Assembly: GCA_964450755.1 (NCBI GenBank)
Contig: CAYVDJ010000118.1
Span: forward strand, 1-60,050
Direction: 5' to 3'
Length of the DNA stretch: 60,050 bases
Source: an uncultured Campylobacterales bacterium
GTDB lineage: Bacteria; Campylobacterota; Campylobacteria; Campylobacterales; JAADDG01
Made by a program: the position numbers and the translations under genes. The notes under the pieces were generated by a model. The model ran no database searches, was not told the origin of the DNA, and saw nothing but the letters and a program-made list of their open reading frames with translations. Shown one piece after another: positions 17,887 through 27,000 of the stretch. Numbering within the stretch: position 1 is the first letter of the stretch; each line of letters starts with the position of its first letter.

Positions 17887-18641
17887 TATCTCATCTCCAT
17901 TTTAAATTTTATCCACTCAGCCACTCTTTTTAGACTCTCTTTGTTTTTGATACTGACTTCTAAAATATCTACATTTGGCTTCAGTTTTCTTGCATTTTGT
18001 TTCTCTTTTTTTATATCATATTCAAAATATGGCAAAAGATCGGTCTTTGTAAAGAGAACAAGATCGGCTTTTCTAAACATAACCGGATATTTTATTATCT
18101 TGTCTTCTCCTTCGGGAATACTTACAAGAACGATATTTAGATGAGCTCCCACATCATAACTTGCAGGACAGACCAGATTGCCCACATTTTCTATAAAACA
18201 GACATCTATATCTTCAAGAGGCAGATGATGAAGCCCCTTATGCACCATAAAAGCATCCAGATGACATGCCGAACCGGTTTGAATCTGCTGTGAGGGAATA
18301 CCTTTTTTGATCAGTCTCTGGGCATCTTTGTTTGTTTCAAGATCTCCCTCTACAACACCGAATTTAAAATCACAAACATCGCTTAAATGTTCAAGAAGAG
18401 TTGTTTTTCCGCTTCCGGGGCTACTCATGAGATTTATAGCCAAAACATTGTGTTTGTCAAAATGTTCTCTGTTGTGTTTTGCTTCGTGATCGTTTTTATC
18501 AAGGATTTTTGTTATAACCGAAATAGTTTTTTCATCATTTAGCTGAGGATTTGAATGAATCTGCTCAAGTGATCCTTCATGGTGATGATGTTCATGTTCG
18601 TGGGAATGTTCGGTGATGCTGCAACCGCAATCTTTACACAT
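17886..18641 (-). CDS. hypB: hydrogenase nickel-inserting GTPase HypB
   Basis: N-terminal CxxCGC (MCKDCGC) followed by the His stretch HSHEHEHHHHE. P-loop SSPGSGKTTLL and ENVGNLVCP are present. Confidence 0.95.
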   Translation of the reverse strand: MCKDCGCSITEHSHEHEHHHHEGSLEQIHSNPQLNDEKTISVITKILDKNDHEAKHNREHFDKHNVLAINLMSSPGSGKTTLLEHLSDVCDFKFGVVEGDLETNKDAQRLIKKGIPSQQIQTGSACHLDAFMVHKGLHHLPLEDIDVCFIENVGNLVCPASYDVGAHLNIVLVSIPEGEDKIIKYPVMFRKADLVLFTKTDLLPYFEYDIKKEKQNARKLKPNVDILEVSIKNKESLKRVAEWIKFKMEMR

Positions 18642-18653
18642 TTTATTCTCCTA

Positions 18654-18669
18654 ATGAATGATTATTCAT
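18654..18669. promoter_or_regulatory. inverted repeat between a putative -10 element and the hypB ribosome-binding site (candidate metal-regulator operator)
   Basis: On the hypB sense strand: TAATAT-ATGAAT-AATC-ATTCAT-TAGGAGAATAAAATG. It is a perfect 6-bp inverted repeat with a 4-nt spacer, and is AT-rich like Fur/NikR boxes. Confidence 0.3.
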
Positions 18670-18711
18670 ATATTAAGGAAAATAAGATTAAAGAGAGGTT
18701 AAAAGTAAAAA

Positions 18712-19458
18712 TCAATCAACTTTTATATCGCTTATACCGTCTATAAATTTTCTGATAATCGGATTGTCGGTTGTTTTAAAAAATTCGGGATTATCTGCCG
18801 CTATGATTTTGCCTTCATAGATCATAGCCATCTTATCGGCTATCTTGAAACTCTCTTTGATATCATGACTGATAACGACCGATGTGGTTCCGAGTTCATG
18901 CTGAAGTTTCAATATCATTCTGCTTATAAGATCGCTTGTTATGGGATCAAGTCCGGAAGTCGGTTCATCATAGAGTATGATTTCGGGATTTAGGATAATG
19001 GTTCTTGCAAGACCGGCTCTTTTTTGCATACCGCCGCTTAATTCGTCAGGATAGAGATGAGCCACCTCATCATATTTAAGTCCCACCATATCAAGGCGTT
19101 TTCTTACCTCGTACTCTATCTCTTTTTTACCGAGTTTTGTATGCTCTTTTAGAGGAAAAGCGGTATTTTCAAAGATATTCATACTGTCAAAAAGCGCTCC
19201 GCTTTGAAACAAAAATCCAACCTTCTTTCTGACTCTGTATATATCATCTTCATTTGCAGAAGCAACATTGATCCCGTCCACCCAGACATCGCCGCTGTCT
19301 GGTTTTAAAAGACCTACCATATGTTTTATGACAGTTGATTTTCCGCTGCCGGAAGGACCTAAAATAACCGTCGTTTTTTTAGGTTCTATCTCCAGATCGA
19401 TACCTCTTAAAACTCTCTTTTTACCAAAACTCTTATGCACATCTACCAATCTAATCAT
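18712..19458 (-). CDS. ABC transporter ATP-binding protein (MlaF/Ttg2A-like)
   Basis: Walker A GPSGSGKST, signature LSGGMQKR and Walker B ILYDEPTSGLD. The overall layout is like MlaF-type ATPases. No cognate permease is adjacent. Confidence 0.8.
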   Translation of the reverse strand: MIRLVDVHKSFGKKRVLRGIDLEIEPKKTTVILGPSGSGKSTVIKHMVGLLKPDSGDVWVDGINVASANEDDIYRVRKKVGFLFQSGALFDSMNIFENTAFPLKEHTKLGKKEIEYEVRKRLDMVGLKYDEVAHLYPDELSGGMQKRAGLARTIILNPEIILYDEPTSGLDPITSDLISRMILKLQHELGTTSVVISHDIKESFKIADKMAMIYEGKIIAADNPEFFKTTDNPIIRKFIDGISDIKVD

Positions 19459-20294
19459 AAACTCTTCTCTTTGAAATTTATAACAAATCCTCTATCCAAA
19501 GAGGCCAAATCTTTATAAAAAAAATACTCTTTTATACCCTCTTTTTTAAAAAACTCTTCCATACTCTCTTTTTGATCATATCCCATCTCGCAGACAAGAT
19601 GTTTTGCCTCTTTCTCTTTTGCAATTTTTACTATCCTTTTTAGCATCTCATCTCCGGTTTTACCACCATACAGTGCCTCTTTTGGCTCTTTTTCAACACT
19701 TTTATCAAGTTTGAAATCATCGGCTATATAGGGAGGATTTGATATGATGATATCAAATTTTTGCTTAACCGTATCCAAATAGGGTCTGTTTACAAAGCTT
19801 ATCCTCTCTTGCACTTTATACTTTTTGGCATTGATCTTTGCGCATTTTATCGCTTCTGTTGAAATATCGGTAGCGGTAATTTTGATATCATCCGTAAAAA
19901 GAGCAATTATCACGGAAATTATCCCGCTGCCGACTCCAATCTCCGCTATATCGGGAGGTTTTTTATAGCGTTTGATGATATCAAGAACATGATCGATCAA
20001 AAGCTCCGTTTCGGGACGGGGGATCAAAACCCCTTTTTTTATATAAAATTTTCTTGAATAAAAAGAGACCTCGTTTGTTATATATTCAAGAGGTTCATAT
20101 TCCGCTCTTCTTTTTACAAGTTCAAAATACTCTTTCTCTTTTTCAAGTTTTTTGTTTTCGTTTACAACAAGATCTATCCTGTCCTTTTTTAACAAAAAAG
20201 AGAGAAGTATCTGAGCTTCAAGATAAGGTCTTTGCATATCTTTTAAAAGCAAAGAGGCTTCCAAAAGAGCCTCTTTTATCGTAAATGTTCGCAA
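19455..20294 (-). CDS. prmC: release factor glutamine N5-methyltransferase PrmC (HemK)
   Basis: LIPRPETE, EIGVGSG and the catalytic NPPY (ISNPPYI). Confidence 0.85.
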   Translation of the reverse strand: MRTFTIKEALLEASLLLKDMQRPYLEAQILLSFLLKKDRIDLVVNENKKLEKEKEYFELVKRRAEYEPLEYITNEVSFYSRKFYIKKGVLIPRPETELLIDHVLDIIKRYKKPPDIAEIGVGSGIISVIIALFTDDIKITATDISTEAIKCAKINAKKYKVQERISFVNRPYLDTVKQKFDIIISNPPYIADDFKLDKSVEKEPKEALYGGKTGDEMLKRIVKIAKEKEAKHLVCEMGYDQKESMEEFFKKEGIKEYFFYKDLASLDRGFVINFKEKSL

Positions 20295-21526
20295 CTGCCT
20301 TCCATTGCCTCTTTTTCTTCCTCTTTTGCAAAATCGTAACCAAGCCGTTTCAATCTCTCAAGAAGAGGAGGATGTGTAAAATAAAAAAAGATATACAGCG
20401 GATGACTTCGTGGAAAACTCTTGTTCTCCTCCGCCAGTTTCATAAGAGCTGTTGCAAGGTCTCTTTTGCTGACACTCTCCGCCCCGTATTCATCGGCTTC
20501 AAACTCGTTTTTTCTGCTGACAAGTCCCATCACCGGAAGAAGAACAAACATAACAAGGGGTGATAAAAGCAAAAATATCGATATAACTCCATAAGGAGTA
20601 TCTCCTGTATTGAACGCATCAAAAACACTTTTTGGAAGATTTCCAAAAATCGCAAACATAACAAAAAGCAACAAAGCGGTTATAAAGATGTTTTTGTAAA
20701 TATCTTTGTGTTTAAAGTGTCCGAGTTCATGCCCCAAAACCGCCAAAAGCTCTTTTTTGTCAAGCTTTTTTATCAAAGTATCAAACAAAACAACTCTTTT
20801 TGCTTTGCCTATCCCTCCAAAGTAGGCATTTAGGCGGTTGTCTCTTTTACTCGCATCTATCGTAAAAACTCCCTCACTTTTGAGTCCTGCTTTTTTCATC
20901 AGATCCTCTATTGCCTCTTTTAGATCCATATCTTCCAAAATCGTAAATTTGTTGAAGATAGGCGCTATGAGAGTGGGATAGATCATATTGATAAAAACAA
21001 CCACTGCAAATAAAAAGACAAAACCCCACAGCCACCAGTTTGAAAAATTGAGCATTATCAAACTTATGATCCAGACAATCAACGATCCAAATATCAAAAA
21101 CAAAATCCCGCTTTTTAGAGTATCGGTGATAAAAAGTTTGACACTCATATTGCTAAAACCGTATTTTTTATCCAATACGAAACTTTTATACAAAGAAAAA
21201 GGAAGAGATGCAAGATAATTGATGATGATAAAAAGATCGATAAAAACAACTGATTTTAATGCAATATCTTTGATATTTATCAAATTATCAAGCCAATTTA
21301 GACCAAATCCCATCCAAAAAAGAAACAGAGCATAATCAACAAGAAGAGATAAGATCTCCATCCTCTCGGTTGATATTTTATAATTTGCAGCTTTGAAATA
21401 ACTTGAGGGTTTTAAAATAACAGCCGTCATATTTTTGGCTTTTGCCACATAGCCTATCTCCATAACAGCTATATAAATTTTTAACAGAACATAGATAAAG
21501 TATATTATTCCTATCGTAAATACCAT
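20276..21526 (-). CDS. M48 family (Ste24/HtpX-like) integral membrane zinc metallopeptidase
   Basis: HELGHFKH zinc motif, a downstream EFEADEYG, and multiple TM helices. 416 aa matches bacterial Ste24 homologues. Confidence 0.8.
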   Translation of the reverse strand: MVFTIGIIYFIYVLLKIYIAVMEIGYVAKAKNMTAVILKPSSYFKAANYKISTERMEILSLLVDYALFLFWMGFGLNWLDNLINIKDIALKSVVFIDLFIIINYLASLPFSLYKSFVLDKKYGFSNMSVKLFITDTLKSGILFLIFGSLIVWIISLIMLNFSNWWLWGFVFLFAVVVFINMIYPTLIAPIFNKFTILEDMDLKEAIEDLMKKAGLKSEGVFTIDASKRDNRLNAYFGGIGKAKRVVLFDTLIKKLDKKELLAVLGHELGHFKHKDIYKNIFITALLLFVMFAIFGNLPKSVFDAFNTGDTPYGVISIFLLLSPLVMFVLLPVMGLVSRKNEFEADEYGAESVSKRDLATALMKLAEENKSFPRSHPLYIFFYFTHPPLLERLKRLGYDFAKEEEKEAMEGSCEHLR

Positions 21527-21611
21527 GATTTCCTTTCCGGTTTTTAAAAGTGGCTTATTATAGCATATTTAGGAATATGAAATTCTCGACACTATGACAA
21601 ATTTAAGATAA

Positions 21612-21648
21612 GGCCGTTTAAAACCACTGTTAAGAATTTTAAACGACC
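21612..21648 (-). terminator. putative terminator hairpin after the 597-aa DUF4214 protein gene
   Basis: GGCCGTTTAAAA-N13-TTTTAACGACC-type 12-bp stem with one mismatch, directly downstream of the stop at 21657. A T-rich tract follows on the minus strand. Confidence 0.4.
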
Positions 21649-21656
21649 TATTTTAA

Positions 21657-23450
21657 TTAGTTGTATTTATCTACCAACACACCAGATTCCAAGGCAAATT
21701 TTTTAAATTCATCAGATTTTAAAAACTGATCGATCATCTCATCTCTGCTTACACCGCTTTGAAGTTGATTTAACCAGTATGTTTTTCCGGCATCATCGGC
21801 ATCTCTGCCCATCAAAGTTTCATAAACAACAGAGATAAACTCTTCATCTGTCAAATTTTGATTTTTAAATTCATCCGAGCTGAAAAATTGTTTTGCCACC
21901 TCTTTTGCGCTTTTTCGAGCCTCTTTCAACTCTTTTGACCAATAACCGCTTCCATTTGGATCGGCATCTCTTTTTAAAGCTTTTGTATAAAATCTCTCTA
22001 CAAAATCTTTTACTTTATCACTGGACTCTATATCGTATGATTTTGCAAGAGCATCAAATTCATTTGCATCCAAAAAACTGTTTAAAAGTTCATCTCTGCT
22101 CATACCTTCATCAAGTTTGGTTTTCCAAAAATCAACACCGGCATCATCAGCCTCTCTTCCCATGATAACTTTATAAACAATTTTTACAAAATCTTCATTG
22201 TTCAGATTTTTACTTTTAAATTCATCAGAATTAAAAAACTGTTTTGCTATATCTTTGGCACTCATATCCTTGCTTGAAAGCTCTTCTGCCCAATAGTTAT
22301 ATCCACCCTCTTCGGGGGTTCTTGTCAAAAGTTCTGTATAAAATCTTTTAACAAATTGTGCAACTTTTTTGCTTTGATCTCTTTTTTGATCCTCATCACC
22401 GTTTAAAGCATCATCGATATTATCGCTGTTTACTTTACTTTCAAAATCATCGGAAGATATCACATCATAAAACATCTCTTCTCTTGTCATATCCGCATCC
22501 TGAAGTTTTTTTACAAGTGCTTCCGTCTCCTCCTGAGTCAACTCCTGATCTAGCAATACATCATAAAGTTTGGTTACAAACTCATTATCACTCAATTTTG
22601 CTCCATCATCAAAGAAAAGTTCTTTATAAACTTCACTCAATGATTTTCCATTTTCATATTTTTTCATTGAATCTTTTAATTTATCGGTATCAAAATCATC
22701 ATCGAAAAATTTTTCCAAATGATCTTTTAAATGATCCTCCACATGAGAAGTATCCGCACTTTTTGTCGTTACAGTTTTGGTAACACCGTCTCCCTCTCCA
22801 AATTCGTTAAAAGGTTTGATCTCATAGGTATATTCTTTACCGGCTTGTAAATCAGTATCTCTAAACTCGGTACTGTTTGGAGGAAGAATTTTGATAAGTT
22901 CTCCATCTCTGAATACTTTATATCCAAGTTCGTTATCAGTATTGTCTTCCCACTTGAGTTTTACACTTTTTGTTGATTCTTTTGCATGAGAAAAGTCCGG
23001 TTTTGAAGGAGGCTTATGCTCACCAAAATCTGAATGTTTGCCACTTTGTTCACCGTCATTATCATCATCGTCATGAGGATTGTCAGGCATTTGCGGAGAG
23101 TGTATTGCACCACCGTTTCCATCGTCATTGGAAGAGTCTCCACCTCCGCTCCCACTCGAAGAGCCATCACCACTGCTGCTTCCACCGCCGCTGGAATGTG
23201 AACTTGAACCGCCACTTGAACCGCTTGAAGAACCTCCGCTGCTGCTTCCACCGCCGCTGGAATGTGAACTTGAACCGCCACTTGAACCGCCACTTGAACC
23301 GCTTGAAGAACCTCCGCTGCTGCTTCCTCCTCCGCTTGAGTGGGAACCTGAACCTCCGCTACTAAAACCGCTTCCTCCAAATCTGACATCTGCATTTGAA
23401 GAGCTTACCAAAAATGCGCAAAGTATTGATGATAATAAAATTTTTCTCAT
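21657..23450 (-). CDS. secreted protein: signal peptide, Gly/Ser repeat region, acidic/His linker, FN3 domain, then tandem DUF4214-like units
   Basis: Signal peptide MRKILLSSILCAFLVSSSNA. Repeats of SHSSGGGSSSGGSSSGSSGGS. FN3-like VKLKWEDNTDNELGYKVFRDGE...YTYEIKPFNEFGEG. C-terminal units such as FVKRFYTELLTRTPEEGGYNYW and FVKIVYKVIMGREADDAGVDFW. Confidence 0.75.
   Translation of the reverse strand: MRKILLSSILCAFLVSSSNADVRFGGSGFSSGGSGSHSSGGGSSSGGSSSGSSGGSSGGSSSHSSGGGSSSGGSSSGSSGGSSSHSSGGGSSSGDGSSSGSGGGDSSNDDGNGGAIHSPQMPDNPHDDDDNDGEQSGKHSDFGEHKPPSKPDFSHAKESTKSVKLKWEDNTDNELGYKVFRDGELIKILPPNSTEFRDTDLQAGKEYTYEIKPFNEFGEGDGVTKTVTTKSADTSHVEDHLKDHLEKFFDDDFDTDKLKDSMKKYENGKSLSEVYKELFFDDGAKLSDNEFVTKLYDVLLDQELTQEETEALVKKLQDADMTREEMFYDVISSDDFESKVNSDNIDDALNGDEDQKRDQSKKVAQFVKRFYTELLTRTPEEGGYNYWAEELSSKDMSAKDIAKQFFNSDEFKSKNLNNEDFVKIVYKVIMGREADDAGVDFWKTKLDEGMSRDELLNSFLDANEFDALAKSYDIESSDKVKDFVERFYTKALKRDADPNGSGYWSKELKEARKSAKEVAKQFFSSDEFKNQNLTDEEFISVVYETLMGRDADDAGKTYWLNQLQSGVSRDEMIDQFLKSDEFKKFALESGVLVDKYN
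23175..23330. repeat. in-frame tandem DNA repeat (66-nt unit, then a 78-nt unit with a 12-nt internal duplication) encoding the Gly/Ser tract
   Basis: GCTGCTTCCACCGCCGCTGGAATGTGAACTTGAACCGCCACTTGAACCGCTTGAAGAACCTCC recurs starting at 23175 and 23241, and the next unit begins at 23319. The second copy carries an extra CCGCCACTTGAA. Confidence 0.8.
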
Positions 23451-23501
23451 AGAAATTCCTTTAGTTTAATTTAAAGTGAAATATTATTTTACTCTAAAAG
23501 A

Positions 23502-23558
23502 GTTAACTAAGTGTTAACACCCTGTCCAAGAAAAAGTTCCTGTTAACGCAGAGTTAAC
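23502..23558. promoter_or_regulatory. four GTTAAC palindromes arranged as two pairs in the divergent promoter region (candidate operator)
   Basis: GTTAAC at 23502, 23513, 23542 and 23553. Spacing within each pair is 11 bp and the pairs are 40 bp apart. The array sits just upstream of a TATAAT at 23569-23574 for the cytochrome c gene. Confidence 0.35.
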
Positions 23559-23614
23559 ATTTATATCGTATAATCATTACATCTTAAGTATTACAATAAA
23601 AGGAGAATTTCAAA

Positions 23615-24013
23615 ATGAAAAATATAGTAGCAAGTTCGATCCTACTTTTAGCTATTTGCAGTTTTGCAACTGAGGGAAGTAAACTGTTTGATCAAAAATG
23701 TTCAATATGTCATATCAAAACCAAACCGACACCACAGATAAGACAGACAATGGTAGCCCCTCCGATAATGGGAGTAATGTTTCATATCAAGGAAAAGTAT
23801 TCAAACAAAGATGAAGCTGTTAAATTTATATCCGATTATGTCATAAATCCTTCAAAAGACAAAGCTCTTTGTTTGCCAAAATCTATCAAAAGATTTGGTC
23901 TGATGCCTTCTCAAAAAGAGAATGTTACCAAAGAGGAACTAAAAGAAATCGCAGAGTATATATACGACAACTTCCCTCCAAAAAGTTATAAACATCCTAA
24001 AATGATGAAATAA
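23615..24013 (+). CDS. monohaem c-type cytochrome (periplasmic)
   Basis: Signal peptide, a single CxxCH (CSICH), and downstream Met-rich MVAPPIMGVM as a possible sixth ligand. 132 aa. Confidence 0.75.
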   Translation: MKNIVASSILLLAICSFATEGSKLFDQKCSICHIKTKPTPQIRQTMVAPPIMGVMFHIKEKYSNKDEAVKFISDYVINPSKDKALCLPKSIKRFGLMPSQKENVTKEELKEIAEYIYDNFPPKSYKHPKMMK

Positions 24014-24025
24014 TTTTTTGACTAC

Positions 24026-24052
24026 AAAACGAAGGCTTTAAGCCTTCGTTTT
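24026..24052. terminator. bidirectional rho-independent terminator between the cytochrome c gene and the RND pump gene
   Basis: AAAACGAAGGCT-TTA-AGCCTTCGTTTT, a 12-bp perfect stem with A/T runs on both sides. It overlaps the stop of the RND pump gene. Confidence 0.7.
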
Positions 24053-27000
24053 ATTTATGTTCATTTTTGAAAAAAAGCAGATAAAACCCCGGTAAAACAA
24101 GTAGTGTAAGGATAGTTGAACTAATAATTCCTCCTGTTACAACAACAGATAACGGATATTGTATCTCACTACCGACACCTTTTACAAATAAAAGAGGAAG
24201 TATCCCAAAAAGTGTGGTAGATGCCGTCATTAAAACCGGTCTCAATCTAAGAAGTGTAGCTTCCTTTAAAAGGTCAATCAATTTGACATGTGGAAACTTC
24301 TCTCTTAATTGATCAATAAAACTAACTAAAACAATACCGTTTAATACCGCTATTGCAAATATTATAATAAAACCTATAATTGCCGAAACGCTAAGATATA
24401 TATCTCCTATAAAAATTGCGATCATACCTCCAATAAGTCCCAAAGGAATACCAATTAAAATAAGCAAAGCTTTTTTCAGCGAATTAAAAGCCGTATAGAG
24501 AAGTAAAATAATTAAAAGAATGGTGGAAGGAATAATAATCATCAATTTTTTTTGAGCTTCCTGCATATTTTTAAAATCTCCCGCCCAACTAATATAATAT
24601 CCAACCGGCAGTTTAATATCCTTTTTTATTATTTCATTTGCTTCCTTTACAAATGAAGCAATATCCCTGTTCTCCACTTCCATAGAGATAACCATATAAC
24701 GATTTAAATTTTCTCTTTTTATAAATGAAGGTCCTTGCAAAATTTCTATATTACAAATATCCAAAAGCTTTACCATTTTACCGCTTTTGCTTCTTATCAT
24801 TGTATTTTTTAAACTATCTATATTTTTTTTAGCATTTTTTAATTTTGCAACTACTCCAAATCTTTTAATCCCCTCTATTTTTTCCGTAATTTTTTCTTCT
24901 CCTATCCCCTTTCTAATAAGTTGCATAATATCTTCTATAGTTATTCCATATCTTGCCAATGCTAAAAAATTGGGAATTATTTTAATTTCGGCTTGACCGA
25001 GTTGAGATTCGGTTTCAATATGCTTAAGACCTCTTATATTTTCCAAAGCTTTTTTAATATCGGCTGCTATAATATTGAGTTTTTTCTGATCTTCCCCAAA
25101 TATCTTTATGGCAAGTTCCGCTTGAATACCCTCCAAAAGTTCTTCTATTCTCATAGCAATAGGTTGAGTCGGAACAAATTGAATATAAGCAAATTTTTTA
25201 GAAAGGTCTTCAGTTATCTTATCATCTAATCTTTCTATATCAATTCCTTCATTCAATGTAAGCAATATTTCCATATAATTTGACTGTGCCGTTTCACCCT
25301 TTTCACTTCTTCCTATCATCGCCAAAACACTTTTAACCTCATCATAATTTTTCAAAATATATTTTTCTATCTCTTTTGAATTTTTTACATTTTGAGAAAG
25401 AGATGTTCCCGGTATCGCTATAACTCTATACATAATGGATTCTTCATTGAGTTTGGGTATAAACTCTTTTCCTACCATACTCATCTGATAAAGAAGAATA
25501 AAAAATATAAAAGAGATTAATGTGATTATACTTTTTGTATATTTTAAACAAAAAGTCAAAACAGGACTATATATCTTTTTTATAAATATCATAAAGGGAC
25601 TTATCCTGTGCCGTGTCGGCTTTAGGAACAAAAAGGAGACAATAGGAACCATGATAAGAGCAACAACCAAAGATCCAATCATAACAAAAACTATATTCAT
25701 AGCCATTGGAGAGTAAAGTTTTCCGGCAAGACCCTCAAGACTCAAAAGTGGTATAAAAATTGCCATAATAACCAAAAGAGCAAAAATAACCGGCTTTACA
25801 ACCTCTTTCGTACCTTTACTTATAATCTCTAAAAGAGAGTCGTTTTTATTTTCATGAATAAGCCTAAAATTATTTTCAACTACTACAATTGTTGCATCAA
25901 CTATCATTCCTATTGCAATAGCAAGACCGCTTAAACTCATGAGATTTGCACTTATCTCAAACCATTTCATCAGTAAAAAAGCTATAAAAATAGAAAAAGG
26001 CAGAGATAAAACAACGATAAAAGCACTTCTTATTTCAAATAAAAACAGTACCAAAACAGCAACAACCAAAATCGAACCGCCTATCAATGCATTTTTCATT
26101 GTATCGATTGCCTTTCTTGTAATATTGCTTCGATCATATATGATCTCTATCTCGATACCCTTTGGTAAAGTAGCATTTATAAGAAGAATCCGTTCTTTTA
26201 ATTTTTCAACTACTTTGGCGGCATTGGTACCACTTCTTTGCAAAACCATTCCAAACACTGCCTCTTTTGCATCAACTGTTACTGCACCAAATCTCATCTC
26301 TTTTGCCACTTTGACTTCTGCCAAATCTTTTATCGTAACGGCTTTTGCATCTTCTGCTTTTACAACTACATTTTTTATATCTTCCAAATTTTTAAGAAGG
26401 CCGACTCCTCTTATAAGATATTGCTCTTTATTAAATTCCAGATACTGTCCTCCCGCTACCTGATTACTTTTAGATAGCGCTTCTACAATCTCCTGGTAAG
26501 TTATACCCAAAGCCTGAAGTCTTTTAGGTTCAATCAAAACTTCATACTGTTTTTTAAAACCTCCCCATCCTATAACCTCTTCCACACCGTTAACCGATTT
26601 GAACATAGGAGTTATTACATAATCTTGCAGTTCTCTGAGTTTGGTTAGAGAAAATTTTGAATCTTTAGTTCTCAACCGATACCATAAAATCTGTCCAAGA
26701 CCGGTAGTATTAGGACCAATAGACGGTTTCCCCCAGCCCTTTGGAATATCAACATTTTGAAGTCTTTCTAAAACCTGTCTCCTTAAAAAGTAAATATCAT
26801 AAGCATCATCAAAAAAAACAGATACATAAGAGAGTCCAAATAATGAGTTGGACATAATAGATTTAATACCCGGCAATCCCGATAAAGAAGATTCTATAGG
26901 ATATGTTATAAGTTTTTCTATATCTTTTGCCGAATTACCGGGACTTTCAGTATATATAACCACTTGTTTGGGTGTAATATCGGGAAACGCATCTACCGGA

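Noticed and set aside
18693-18711. 19-mer AGAGAGGTTAAAAGTAAAA, which recurs with one mismatch at about 32279-32297 (AGAAAGGTTAAAAGTAAAA), both just 3' of minus-strand genes
   Set aside because: In AT-rich sequence of this length, a rough estimate suggests one or more matches of this size are expected by chance. There is no further flanking similarity or structure.
22961-23469. Three alternative-frame ORFs (144, 131 and 129 aa) over the Gly/Ser repeat, including a Pro/Leu/Glu-rich one on the plus strand
   Set aside because: They are by-products of the tandem GS-coding repeat, since any frame of a repeat stays open. Only the minus-strand frame connects a signal peptide to the FN3 and DUF4214 domains.
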